Source: Octopus vulgaris
Lineage: Eukaryota
Direction: 5' to 3'
Assembly: GCA_951406725.2 (NCBI GenBank)
Contig: OX597818.1
Coordinates: forward strand, 127,410,001 to 127,474,000
DNA length: 64,000 nt
In this document: piece by piece, positions 27,928 to 40,979 of the stretch
Position numbering within the stretch: position 1 is the first letter of the stretch
Layout: every line of letters starts with the position of its first letter
Program-made: the position numbers and the translations under genes
Notes under the pieces: model-generated
Seen by the model: only the letters and a program-made list of their open reading frames with translations
Databases searched by the model: none
What the model was told of the DNA's origin: nothing

Positions 27928-28009
27928 CTTCCCTTACAGCTGTTTCAATTAATACTCTGTAAATATTAAACTTATATTTATAAGACCTGAGCTTATCTTC
28001 AGAGGAAAA
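27928..28009 (-). ncRNA. Minimal type I hammerhead ribozyme, degenerate stem II
   Basis: UUUUCCU-CUGAAGA...GAAA-CAGCU-GUA-AGGGAAG; palindromic CAGCUG; AATAAA downstream. Confidence 0.6.
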
Positions 28010-28271
28010 AAATATATCCTTTGATTCAGTCTACTATAATAAATCCACAATCACATATACAGCATCCAAGGGTTTATCTTGACGACAACAGAGGGGCATC
28101 CCATTCGCAGTGGGCCAACCAAGCGCCTAGACTCCAACCCAGGTATTTCCAGGTCCCCTCGCATACATACACATGTGCATGTGTATATATAAATACACAC
28201 ACACACACATACATACATACATACATACATACATACATACACACACACATATATATATATACATGTGTATA

Positions 28272-28372
<101 letters not shown>

Positions 28373-28399
28373 AAAGAAAAACAGGACGCAAAGGATTTT

Positions 28400-28486
28400 G
28401 CGGTACATATGTTTCGGGCTTTATTGAACAACTTATATCAATGCATAATTGATATAACAGGTAGATCAAAAGCCTTCTTCAGCCGC
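28400..28486 (-). ncRNA. Minimal type I hammerhead ribozyme with long stem II
   Basis: GCGG-CUGAAGA-AGGCUUU...UUAUAUCAAU/AUUGAUAUAA...AAAGCCC-GAAA-CAUAU-GUA-CCGC; palindromic CAUAUG; close to a long (TA)n. Confidence 0.75.
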
Positions 28487-28684
28487 GTACAATTACCACA
28501 CCAAAGACATGTATCACATTATAGCAGGTTTGAGAAAAAGTTTGGGAAAAAAACCGAGTTTCATTGGGAAAGTAAATCCTCATAGGCGTATATGGCATTG
28601 CGAGACTCCAAAACAAATCGTCCATACTGCTTTTTCACTCGATAAAGAATGAAGGAATTGGATGTTGATATATATATACATGTT

Positions 28685-29014
28685 ATGGCTCAGTGGTTAG
28701 AGCGTCGAGCTTACGATCGTGAGGTTGTGAGCTCGAATCCCGGACCGGGCTGCGTGTTGTGTTCTCGAGCAAGGCACTTTATTTCACGTTGCTCCAGTTC
28801 ACTCAGCTGTAGAAATGAGTTGCGACGTCACAGGTGCCAAGCTGTATCGGCCTTTGTCTTTCCCTTGGATAACACTGGTGGCGTGGAAAGGGGAGGCTGG
28901 TATGCATGGGCGACTGCTGGCCTTCCATAAACAACCTTGCCCGGACTTGTGTCTAGGAGGGTAACTTTCTAGGTGCAATCCCATGGTCATTCATGACCGA
29001 AGGGGGTCTTTACC
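28685..29014 (+). mobile_element. tRNA-derived SINE family D (~330 bp); copies 8687-9018-, 44646-44928-, partial 235-310-, 17779-17912-, 60540-60718-
   Basis: TGGCTCAGTGG A box, GCTCGAATCCC B box, TTGAGCAAGGCACTTT-type core. Confidence 0.85.
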
Positions 29015-30118
29015 TATTATAATCAAGGATAAAAATCTATAGACACACGCACGCATCTACATATGCACATTATTCGAATATGTGAAACTACTGCAGGAAT
29101 AAAATACATGACCAAAGTGAGTGAAAGATCGCCACAGATCCAACACTACGATATGGTTACATCTCCGTTGAGAGCTAGCTTCGTTTTGATGAAAAATGTT
29201 TATTTAGCCTCATATCAAGCCAATCCACCACTGGTTACGATGGTCAACGATGTTCCAGTCATCATCATCCGTTTCTTTGCTTGCTTCCATTTTTTGTAGT
29301 TTGTGGGGGGTGGGGGCTTTCATACGTACATAACGCAATGTATACTTGCTCTTTTTCCCCCACAAGACATCAGGCTGGTTGTGATTTGAAGGTGAATTGG
29401 CAGTTATTTCTAGCAAAACAAATGACTGATGAGAAACTCCGTCAACCGAAGGTTATAGTTTACTGTCTGAAGAGGGTCGGTCTCAGTTTGGTGGGTTTCG
29501 CTATAGATTTTCTAACCCCAACCCTAACACGACCATCACTACCATGTTGCAACTACGTAGCTAATAACCTATTTCTTTACTACCCACAAGGGGCTAAACA
29601 CAGAGAGGACAAACAAGGACAGACAAAGGGATTAAATCGACTACATCGACCCCAGTGCGTAACTGGTAATTATTTAATCGACCCCGAAAGGATGAAAGGC
29701 AAAGTCGACCTCGGCGGAATTTGAACTCAGAACGTAACGGCAGACGAAATACTGCTAGGCATTTCGCCCGGCGTGCTAACGATTCTGCCAGCTCGCCGCC
29801 AGCTAATAACCACCTGATGATTTAATACACGGAAATCTTATAATCTTTCCATTTGAAATTAAACTAATTATATTGTTTTTTTTTTTTAGTCGCATGTTAG
29901 CCCAAATGAAGCAGAATTCATAACAGGGTCAGTTCATCTATTTTCTTTTTTCCTTTTTTTTTTTCTTAGATATAGGCGCCGACGCGGCTGTGTGGTAAGA
30001 AGCTTGCCTTTCATCCACGTGGTTTCAGTTTCACCTAGGGCAAGTGACTTTTGCTATAGCCTCGGGGCCAACCAAAGCCTTGTAAATAAATTTGGTAGAC
30101 GGAAAGTGTAAAAAGCTT

Positions 30119-30221
<103 letters not shown>

Positions 30222-30720
30222 CTTTTAGTTTGTGTTTGTCCTCTACTACCGTTTGACAACTGGTATTGGTGTGTTTACGTTCCTGTAACGTAGCGGTTCG
30301 GCAAAAGAGTCTGATAGAATAAGTATCTGACTTAGAAAAAAAAAACAAGTCCCGGGGTCGATTTTTACGACTAAAACCCTTCAAAGCAGTGCCCCAGTAT
30401 GACCACAGTAACAAATAAAAAATAAAAGCTAGTACATCTAGTGTTACATTATCCAATATTACGTTCTTTTTGTTTCTGGGAGGTTTGGGGTCGAGGAAGA
30501 TGGTAGGGTATAATTTGAGGAAAGTGCTCCATTTATCTCTAGTTTCTCGAGTAGCACACAGAAGCTCTTTTGTAAGCGCCTGATTATGGTGTTAAGAAGA
30601 AATGTGGTCACTTTAATTTTACTCATATCATCTTGAGCCAGTGCCTTTCACTAACCTTGGATCACTTCAAACCCGGTGAATGAAACCGGGTTGAACGAAA
30701 CAGCTTGGGAGCCTGTCAAA

Positions 30721-31108
30721 TCTTTATATATAAAAGTCAAGTTGTGTGTCTGTCTCCTACGATTTAGTTTCCTAACTACTCCCACATTTTGCGGTGCAGT
30801 TTAACCAAAACCGGGTATCTTATAGTCGTGATTCATATCAAGCCCTTCTGGGTATTAGCGCGCGTCTACAATGAGTCTACGATTTTTAAAAAAATTTACC
30901 ATCATTTTTTCCATTTTAATGCATTTTTTCGCTATTATATAAGGGAAGTAACTCTCTAAAAATGTCTACGATGAGTCAACGATTTTTTTAAAAAATTACC
31001 ATCATTTTTTTTTTCCATTTTTAATGCATTTTTTTTTTGCTATTTTTTGGCTATAACTCTCTAAAATGCTTATATAGTTATTTCCCTTACAAACCCGAGC
31101 AACGCCGG
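30721..31108 (+). mobile_element. Non-autonomous Helitron lacking its CTAG terminus
   Basis: A|TCTTTATATATAAAAG start, near-identical to the 33458 copy. Stops inside the 3' hairpin CCCGAGCAACGCCGG. Confidence 0.75.
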
Positions 31109-31227
31109 CTCTCTTGACCAGAAATGGCCTGAACTCTTTGCATGAACACCCTCCCCGTACATAATTCCATGTCCCCCTACATGGCCTTGCTTTTTGCTTT
31201 TTGAGCCAAAAAAATTAACTTAACTTA
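31109..31227 (+). mobile_element. CR1-type LINE 3' end fused to the Helitron
   Basis: Matches ~23521-23615; (TTAAC)n tail. Confidence 0.75.
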
Positions 31228-31343
31228 TTCGAACAACTGAAACATTCATCGTAGAAACCGACGTAGATCCATTTACAGAAGCAGGTGAACAACTAAGAGG
31301 CTACGTCCTTGTTTCAGTTGATATATGCGGTTATTACAAGATA

Positions 31344-31577
31344 CCTATTTCTTTACTACCCACAAGGGGCTAAACACAGAGAGGACGAAGAAGGACAGAC
31401 AAACGGATTCAGTCGATTATATCGACCGCAGAGCGTAACTGGTACTTACTTAATCGACCCCGAAAGGATAAAAGGCAAAGTCGACCTCGGCGGAATTTGA
31501 ACTCACAACGTAGCGACAGACGAAATACCGATAAGCATTTCGCCCGGCGTGCTAACGTTTCTGCCAGCTCGCCGCCT
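31344..31577 (-). mobile_element. tRNA-derived SINE family C (~230 bp); copies 7927-8126+, 18628-19092+, 18762-18978-, 29568-29800-, 38370-38567-, 39855-40065-, 40534-40760-, 61169-61398-, 62295-62522-
   Basis: TGGCAGAAACG and GAGTTCAAATTCC boxes; GCCTTTCATCCTTTCGGGGTCGAT core resembling the Deu/Nin SINE domain; TSD TTATTACAAGATACCT here. Confidence 0.9.
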
Positions 31578-32089
31578 TGTTTATTACAAGATACCTTTGC
31601 TAACCTCCCCTTGATTAGAACCATCTCTAATCCAAGGGAGATAAGTTTACCTCTCCCGGAAGTTGTTACGTCCCTTGACACGCATGAGTTTCCACGTAAG
31701 CTACTTACGCCAGAAGTGGTCGTCGTTGGTTCGTTTTCGTTCGCCACTAACTCTGCTGTGTGTCACCGGCCGCTCTTACAAACAACAACATATTTACACA
31801 CATACCAACACCTGCACACGTGTAATCACACCAGAAGAACCAGCATTTCACGTCTGTGATGTCAAACATATTCTCTCCAGTTCGTAAATCTATTTGTGTC
31901 ATCTCGGTATTTAATTTTATTTTATCTGTGAATTCAAGTGATTTTGTTGCAAGGTGTGAATGGATGGAGTGTTGACAAACGTCTGACATTTACCCTATGA
32001 CTCACATATCACCACTGCCAGCAACCATTTCATCAAGAACAAACTACATATAATAATAATTAATATTTTCTATATAAAAAGAGAAAAAA

Positions 32090-32615
32090 AAATTGTCATC
32101 TGTCGCCATCTCCACCATAATCACCATTACTTATGTGATATCAACTAAAAGAAGAAAACAAGACTTATCATAGTTACATTTATTTTTTGCGTACTTTTGT
32201 TGTGACATTACCGAACACTATCTTCGGGTTCGGGTTCGATTGTGTCACTGTTTTATCCAAAAGAGAAACGTAAACCATGTTAAGAAGTCTATCGAGCGGC
32301 ATTTAAAGTCTGATTGTGTAAGTTCGAGAAAGAAAGAAAGAAAGAGAGGAAAAACACGCAAAGGTGTAAAAAAAGAAACCCCCCCCCCCAATTTTTCCCC
32401 CTATTGAACCAACTTCCGCTTCAAATTAGTCATCCACAACACGACCCTTCATTTTGTTTGTTTGTTGTTTTTCTCCCCTCTCAATACTGAAGCGTGTTTC
32501 TATGTGACACTATCAAATAAAACAATAAACTTTCATATTTATAATAATAACACCCATTGTATAATTACCATTATAACTTAATTAGCAGTGTCACTCTACA
32601 CGTACTTGATTCAAG
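32090..32615. promoter_or_regulatory. Putative GOLT1B promoter/5'UTR, possibly bidirectional
   Basis: Repeat-free stretch upstream of exon 1 with YY1-like CGCCATC (~32104) and ETS-like ACTTCCGC (~32412). Confidence 0.4.
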
Positions 32616-32640
32616 ATGATGGAAGTAACAGATTGTCAAA
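32616..32640 (+). CDS. GOLT1B: Got1/GOLT1B vesicle transport protein, coding exon 1 (MMEVTDCQ-K, phase 1)
   Basis: ATG at 32616, 25 nt, then GTAAGT donor at 32641. Resembles the GOLT1B N-terminus MISLTDTQK. Confidence 0.9.
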
Positions 32641-33457
32641 GTAAGTAAAAACATCGCTCAATTATCCTCTCTTTTTTCATGTCTTATTTATTGCTTTACC
32701 TTTACGTTGACTGGTCAACTGATTATTCTGATTGACATTTTACTTTTTTTTCTCACGGCCTGCTTGAAATAGCAACTAAATCTCTCTCGAGTCACACGCT
32801 TCTGTATTTTATATTACAAAAAAAACAAAAAACAAGCAAAAGGACGGATAACAGAGCCCGGTGCACTCTGTTCCCCATACATACACACGCAACATGCAAA
32901 AACAAACAGAAAGAATTATGAATGCTTTAGGTTATCGAGGCTGACTTGTGAGGATACGACACCCTATTTTTGCATTCCTATATATTTCTTTGATTTCACA
33001 AATAATTTTATAATTCCTTAACTGAATTTCATGATTTAATTTTCTGTCAATTAACTATCCACAAAGTTTGATTTTTCTTTTTAAAAGCGGATAAAGTGAT
33101 TAGTAATGTGAAGAGAATTAAAATTGGACACGTGGAATCAACACCGAAATTCTGGGTTTTTTTTTAAAACATACTTTCATATATGTCGGTTATGTAATGA
33201 CAACTATGTTAAATAGTATTGGTACGATACCCCCAAATGTGTAGAGGGAGGTGTTTTGTCGTTGAATGGACTTTCAGAATTTAGATAAAAGTGAACGCAG
33301 GACATAGAGGGGTGGAATTTACATCTACAGTACTAATGATTTTACAGAGTTGACAATCAGCACTATGAAACAACTTGTAAATATGTTTTGACATGTAAAA
33401 CACACTTGTACACATAGAAGAACGGTTCTTGTAAGTGCAGGAGGATAGTTGACAATA

Positions 33458-33834
33458 TCTTTATATATAAAAGTGAAGTTGTGTGTCTGTCTCCTACGAT
33501 TTAGATTCCTAACTACTCCCACATTTTGCGGTGCAGTTTAACCAAAACCGGGTATCTTATAGTCGTGATTCATATCGAGCCCTTCTAGGTATTAGCGCGC
33601 GTCTACGATGAGTCTACGATTTTAAAAAAATTTACCATCATTTTTTCGCTATTATATAAGGGAAGTTACTCTCTAAAAATGTCTACGATGAGTCAACGAT
33701 TTAAAAAAAAATTTACCATAATTTTTTTTCCATTTTTAATACATTTTTTTGCTATTTTTTGGCTATAACTCTCTAAAAATGCTTATATAGTTATTTCCCT
33801 TACAAACCCGAGCAACGCCGGGCGATACTGCTAG
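33458..33834 (+). mobile_element. Complete non-autonomous Helitron (377 bp)
   Basis: Inserted between A and T; 5' TC, subterminal hairpin CCCGAGCAACGCCGGG, 3' CTAG, no TSD. Confidence 0.85.
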
Positions 33835-34758
33835 TTTGGAATATTTTTAGTTGGAACCACTGCCTTGCGCAAATGAACGAGGCTAGCAGAGGAAGGGTGG
33901 TGGTATAAGAGGAATGTGCTAATTCAGCTTTAATGACATTCTCGGTTAACAGTTTTTGTTATATAACAACGACGTTAATTGTACAGAAAATTATGGTGGG
34001 CCCTTCAATTATGAGGTTCTAACTGAACCTTCTCATGTCATCTGATTACTTTTCTAGTCTCTTTCAATCTCCACAACCCTCTGCACTTGCCCAGTACACT
34101 CTCTGTTTTGTCCATCTTCATCTTCTCTTCTTATTTCTGTTTCATCCCCCCTCTCTTTATCTTCCCTTCTGTATTCGTCCCTTTCTCTCCCCTTACCCAC
34201 ACCCCTCTCTTCCTGTGTGTGAGAGGAAGTTTTCTGTGTTTGACAACATCGTCACTTAACTAGATGGTTTTTGCTATATCATCAAAATTACACATACCAT
34301 ACTTACAAGCTAAAAATAGAGTCATTTTGATTGCTTGACGCACTTGAAATAACAAATCTTTTTCATATCACATTCAACTGCCTGAAAAAAATTACACATT
34401 GGATAGTGTCATCTGGGTTACATTGTCTCTGAATGAGAGACAGGATGGTCATAGCTGAATTGCCTTTTGTCCTGGAAATCAACATTACACTTGCACAAAC
34501 TGCTACAGAAAGAGATGAATGCTGATCCAGTTATAGCAACCCACATCACACATATTATTAATAGATTCCTGCATATTTATACAGGTGCAAGCCCGATTCA
34601 CTTATAAATGTATATTCAAGTAACTTTTACTGGCTTCACTCATTTGACTGGCCATACTAGAGTACCACCATGAAGGTTTTTAGACAAACAATTTGACACC
34701 AGAACTTTTTTTTCTTTAAATCTAGTACTTATTCTATGAGTCTCAAAACACACATATG

Positions 34759-34805
<47 letters not shown>

Positions 34806-34808
<3 letters not shown>

Positions 34809-35040
34809 GGAGTAAACACATAAATGTGAAACAAGGTGGAAAATAGAGTACTCAAATACCAGTGGTAGAGTAATATGCTTTATTTAAAGCAGCAGAAAAT
34901 TCAACAAAATCTGTTACTCTGAGTTTCTCGTTGCCGTTCATCAGAATTTTCTGCTGCTTTAAATAAAGCATATTACTCTACCACTGGTATTTGAGTACTC
35001 TTTTTTCCACCTTGTTTCACATTTATGTGTTTACTCCGGT
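34806..35040. mobile_element. Fold-back copy of the 3197 family (97-bp arms) with a hammerhead core in the loop (- 34911-34944)
   Basis: Arms 34806-34902/34944-35040. Loop reads CUGAUGA-ACG GCAA CGA-GAAA-CUCAGA-GUA-ACAG. Sits in (TA)n between the two halves of a SINE. Confidence 0.7.
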
Positions 35041-35114
35041 GTAACCCACCCCTTATAAAAGTTTGAGCGACTCTGCACAAGTAGGAAGAACAAACAGCTG
35101 AAAAAAAAAAAATT

Positions 35115-35146
<32 letters not shown>

Positions 35147-35238
35147 GTTAATCCAAACATGAAAGCACAAAAAAAAACACAACAATGCGAGGACGTGGAA
35201 CAAATATAGTATTATTGGACGCTCATGAAAGAAGAAGG

Positions 35239-35273
35239 GTTTAACGTTTCAAGCAGAGCTCTTCGTCAGAAAC
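35239..35273 (-). ncRNA. Very small hammerhead variant lacking an intramolecular stem III
   Basis: GUUU-CUGACGA-A-GAGC ucu GCUU-GAAA-C-GUU-AAAC; AACGUU palindrome. Confidence 0.6.
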
Positions 35274-36861
35274 ATAGGAGAAGGGAAGACAGAGGAAAAA
35301 AAAAAAATCGCCAACGGTACACACGCAGTCACACACACACACACACTTTTGATGGGTTTCTTCCAGTTTCTGTTTGCTTGCAAGGCTTTGGTCAGCTAGA
35401 GGCTACAGTAGAAGACCCTTGCCCAAGGTGCCACACAGTGGGACAGAACCCAGAACCATGTGGTTGGCAAGCAAGCTTCTTACCACACAGTCACATCTGT
35501 GCCTATGTATTTGTAGTCTTCAATCATATTTCAGCTTTGAAATATGCAGGAGGTATAATGTCCAGTTTGGAAATTATCTTAATGCTACAACTTTGTGCTT
35601 ATCATGTGTTTGTGTATAGGTGTCAGCATGGCTGTTTAGTAAGGAATTTCACTCCTCAACCATGTGAATTCAGTCTCATTGCATGACACCTTGAACAAGT
35701 TTCTTCTATTATAGCCTGTTACACAGAAATTGAAAGAAACCCACCTATAATATCATCATCATCATCGTTTAGCATCCGCTTTCCATGGGTTGGACAGTTC
35801 AACTGAGGTTTGGGAAGCCAGAAGGCTGCACCAGGCCCAGTCTGATCTGGCAATGTTTCTACGGCTGGATGCCCTTCCTAACGCCAACCACTATATATGT
35901 ATGTATGTGTGTGTATGTATATATAATAGCCATGCAGGTACTCTACAAGAACCTGCTCTGCCTCAGCTTCCCCAGGGTTCAGATTCCAGCAAGCTGCATA
36001 GTGAACTGAAGGGCATCCATCCATAGAAACCATGTCAAAGTAGACACTGGAACATGTTGCAGTTCCTGACCCATCAGACCCTGTCAAACCATCCAACTCA
36101 TACCAACATGGAGCATGGACATTAAATGATGATATATATATATATTTGTAGGTGGCTGTGTGGTAAGTTGCTTGTTTACCAACCACATGGTTCCGGGTTC
36201 AGTCCCACTGCGTGGCACCTTGGGCAAGTGTCTTCTACTATAGCCTCGGGCCGACCAAAGCCTTGTGAGTGGATTTGGTAGACGGAAACTGAAAGAAGCC
36301 CGTCGTATATATGTGTATATATATATATATGCGTTTGTGTGTCTGTGTTTGTCCCCCTAGCATTGCTTGACAACCGATGCTGGTGTGTTTATGTCCCCGT
36401 TACTTAGCGGTTCGGCAAAAGAGACCGATAGAATAAGTACTGGGCTTACAAAAGAATAAGTCCTGGGGTCGAGTTGCTCGACTAAAGGCGGTGCTCCAGC
36501 ATGGCCGCAGTCAAATGACTGAAACAAGTAAAATAGTATGTGTATATGTCTCTTTGTCTTGATGTTGTGCAATAGTTGTCAGCAATCGTCATCATTTAAG
36601 CAGTATCATTCATTCTTCTGTGAAAGTATGATCAGTTCTTGTGTAGTTCATATGTGAGGGTTTGTGGCAGGAAGAGCATCTTGCCATATGAAATGTATCC
36701 TAGTGAATTTCATCTGACACATGCAAATATGAAAAAGTTGATGATGATATACATGTGTGTGTATGTATACACATAAGAAGATGATATACATGTGTGTGTG
36801 TGTGTATGTTTAATTACAGTATGGAAAGTGCATAGGTTAGTGGTTAGGGTATTCAGCTTAA

Positions 36862-37342
36862 CCCTTTAGCATTTAAACCGGCCATATCCGGCCAAAAGTA
36901 TTCTGCCTGTTTTATGTTCAAACTGGCCAGATCTGGTCTCTCACACCAACCCGACAATATCTTTTAAAAAATTAACAGCTTTCTCCTAGCTACGAAATAA
37001 TGCATGATTAATTCAAAACAATCATCATCATCATCGTTTAACGTCCGCTTTCCATGCTAGCATGGGTTGGACGGTTCAACTGGGGTCTGGGGAGCCCGAA
37101 GGCTGCACCAGGCCAGTCAGATCTGGCAGTGTTTCTACAGCTGTATGTCCTTCCTAACGCCAACCACTCCGAGAGTGTAGTGGGTGATTTTATGTGCCAC
37201 CGACACAGGTGCCAGACAAGGCTGGCGAACGGCCACGCTCGGATGGTGTTTTTATGTGCCACCGACACAGGTGCCAGACGAGGCTGGCAGACGGTGCATG
37301 AAAAAGCATTAATTTTGGCAGAATAATGCGAACACTAAAGGG
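36862..37342 (+). mobile_element. piggyBac-type MITE containing an RTE-tail element (37021-37295)
   Basis: TTAA|CCCTTTAG...CTAAAGGG|TTAA. Confidence 0.8.
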
Positions 37343-40202
37343 TTAAGGTCATGAGTTCAGTTCCGGGCAACACATTGCGTTCTTGAGCAAGATTCTTTAT
37401 TTCACATTGCTCCAGTCCACTCAGCTGGCAAAAATGATTTGTACCTGTATTTCAAAGAGCCAGCCTTGTTACACTGTGTCATGCCGAATTTCCCTGAGAA
37501 CTACATTAAGGGTACACAAGTCTGTGGAGTGCTCAGCCACTTTCATGTTAGTTTCACAAGCAGGCTGTTCTGTTGATCGGATCATCTGGAAGCCTCATCA
37601 TCATAACGGATGGAGTGCCTGAAGGAATCACAGTCAAAGTTACTCTGAGTAACTCACCAACTCCCTTAAGATCACATCAAATCATGTCTTAGAATCTTAA
37701 GCTTAGCGATCATATTGATTTACTCTATCTTTTACTTGTTTCAGCCATTTGACTGCGGCCATGCTGGAGCACCGCCTTTAATCGAGCAACTCGACCCCGG
37801 GACTTATTCTTTTGTAAGCCCAGTACTTATTCTATCGTTCTCTTTTGCCGAACCGCTAAGTAACGGGGACATAAACACACCAGCATCGGTTGTCAAGCAA
37901 TGCTAGGGGGACAAACACACTCACACAAACACACACACGCATATATATGTATACATATATACGACGGGCTTCTTTCAGTTTCCGTCTACCAAATCCACTC
38001 ACAAGGCTTTCGTCGGCCCGAGGCTATAGTAGAAGACACTTGCCCAAGGTGACACGCAGTGGGACTGAACCCGGAACCATGTGGCTGGTAAACAAGCTAC
38101 TTACCACACAGCCACTCCTGCGTACTAATTTTGCAGTTTATCCAAAACTTGGAGTAACAGACTTTGTGATTGTGGGCTGGAATTTGTTCATTTGTTTTTT
38201 ACATCCATTTTTCTATGTTGGCATAAGATGGATAGGAACATATTCGAGTCAGAATTTTATGGTTGGATGCTCTTTATGTCACCAATCCATACCTGTTTTT
38301 TTATATAGGGTACTTTTATATCACAGGTCTTTGTAAACCAGCTGTAATGTCAACCAGGAATGTAAATATCTATTTCTTTATTACCCACAAGGGGACAGAC
38401 AAAGACAGACATAGGTATTAAGTCGATTACATCGACCCCAGTGCGTAACTGGTGCTTAATTTATCGACCCCAAAAGGATGAAAGGCAAAGTCGACCTCGG
38501 CGGAATTTGAACTCAGAACGTAGCGGCAGAAAAAATACTGCACAGCATTTCGCCCAGCGTGCTAACACAGGAATGTAATTATCATATACTATTTTGCTTA
38601 CATAATGACAAGCAAAGATATGGCGAGTCAACATTCACACACACACACACACACTCTCTCACACATGACAGGCTTCTGCACAGTTTTCAGAGTGGCAGTG
38701 TGGTAAGAAGCTTGCTTCCCAACCACATGGTTCCAGGTTCAGTCCCACTGCATGGCATCTTGGGCAAGTGCCTGCTACTATAGCCTCAGGCCAACCAAAG
38801 CCTTGTGAGTGGATTTGGTAGATGGAAACTAAAAGAAGCCCATTGTAAATATATATTTGTGTGTATGTCTGTATTTGTCGTCCCCCCCACCCCACCCCAT
38901 CGCTTGACAACTGATGTTGATGTGTTTACATCCCCGAAACTTAGCAGTTTGGCAAAAGTGACTGATAGAATAAGTACTAGGCTTACAAAGAATGAATCCT
39001 GGGCTTGATTTGTTCAACTAAAGGTGGTGCTCCTGCATGGCCACAGTCAAATGACTGAAACAAGTAAAATAATAAAAGAATGTATGAATGAAGGTAGGTA
39101 AAACTGTGCTAATGGAATAAGGGAAATAAGGGACAGACAGTTCGACAAAGTCGAGAGGTTATAACAGTCAACCAAGAATTAAAAAACCGGGGGACACAAT
39201 GTAGGCATGCGTGAAAAAAATTAACGTAAAAAGTTGTTCACAATGAATTGTATGGCGAAAAACAAAAGAAATAGACTACTGATTCAGGTGAACCCTTTAT
39301 CAACGTAGAGGAAGAAATAAAAAATAAAAGAAATGATAGCTGTTTAGAGCATGTGTATGTCTTTCAACTATATGTGTGTACATATGAAAGAGAATATCAA
39401 TTCCAATATAGGTCATGTAGTGAAGATCAGTGTGTAAGACACATAAATTTTCACCATATAAACAAGCATGGATAATGCCTAGAGAGAAAAAGCTTCCCAC
39501 GGGATTTTCAGACACCGTAAAAATTAACCCCCTGTATTTCAACAACAGTTGTAATACTGATTTCAAATTTTGGCACAAGGCCAGCAAGTTTTGGGGGAGT
39601 GAGATGGCCAATAACATCAACTTCAGTGTTCAACTGGTACTTATTTTATCGACCCCTGAAAAGGATGAAAGGCAAAGTTGACTCTGGCAGAATTTGAACT
39701 CAGAATGTGGAGAAGGATAAAATACTGCTAGGCACTCTGCCTGGTGCACTAATGATTTCTGCCAGCTCATTGCCTTAACAACAGTTGTAATAATAATGAT
39801 TTTAAATTTAGCACAGGGCTATAAATTGTGAGGAAAAGGGGCAGATGTATATATATTTCTTTACTGCCCAGAAGGGGCTAAACATAGAGGGGACAGACGA
39901 AGGAATTGAGTCGATTATATCGACCCCAGTGCGAAACTGGTACTTTATTTATCGACCCCGAAAGGATGAAAGGCAAAGTTGACCTCGGCGGAATTTGAAC
40001 TCAAAACGTAACGACAGACGAAAATACCGCTAAGCATTTCGCCCATGTCTGCTAGCTCGCCGCCTTGGGGCAGATGTATATAATTAACTGGCACATATTT
40101 CATCAAGTTCTACAAGATTTAGACTCCAGCTTGGAACATAAAGTGTTATAACAAAATTCCACAAATCATTTTATTAATGGTTCCACTGTTTCTATCATTA
40201 TA

Positions 40203-40979
40203 CATACAATAATTATAGTTTAACTTATTCTCTCTTCTCCTCTGTGTTTATGATTTTGTCTCTCTTACGGTATGCAGATATAGCAATCCTTTACTTATTG
40301 CCTGCCACCAAGCCTAGTGTGCACACTTATCCTGCACCCCTTATGTTAACTCTCTGTATCTCTCTTTTACTCTATATGATGTAAAGTGTGACTGGAGGAA
40401 TCAGCTGGAAGTCAAAATCAGTCCCAGTAAGGAATAAATAAAAGAACACAAGGCATTTAACCTGCCTGTTTTTTGTTTCTACTGTTCGGTTGCCTTAAAA
40501 ATTTTCTCTTTAAGAATAACTAATATAAATATTTATTTCTTTACTGCCCACAAGGGGCTAAACACGGAGGGGACAAACAAGGACAGACAAAGGCATTAAG
40601 TCGATTACATCGACCCCAGTGCGAAACTGGTACTTAATTTATCGACCCCCGAAAGGATGAAAGGCAAAGTCGACCTCGGCGGAATTTGAACTCAGAACGT
40701 AACGACAGACGAAATACAGCTACGTATTTCGCCCGGCGTGCTAACGTTTCTGCCAGCTCACAGAATATTGATTAGTTGATTCCCCTAGTCACGCTTTACA
40801 TCATATAGAGTAAAAGAGGGATACAGAGAATTAACGTAAGAGGTGAAGGATAAGTGCACATACAAGGCTTCATGGCTGGCAATGAGTCAAAAAATGCTGT
40901 ATCTGCACACTGTAAGAGAGAGAGAGATTCATAAACACAGTGGAGAAGAGACAGTAAGTTAAATTATAATTAGTGTATG
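40203..40979. mobile_element. Old fold-back/MITE with ~200-bp arms and SINE-C in the spacer
   Basis: 40203-40406 versus 40774-40979, imperfect inverted repeat. Confidence 0.6.

Noticed and set aside
28685-28760. tRNA genes at SINE heads
   Set aside because: A/B boxes are present but there is no complete cloverleaf, and each continues into a SINE body.
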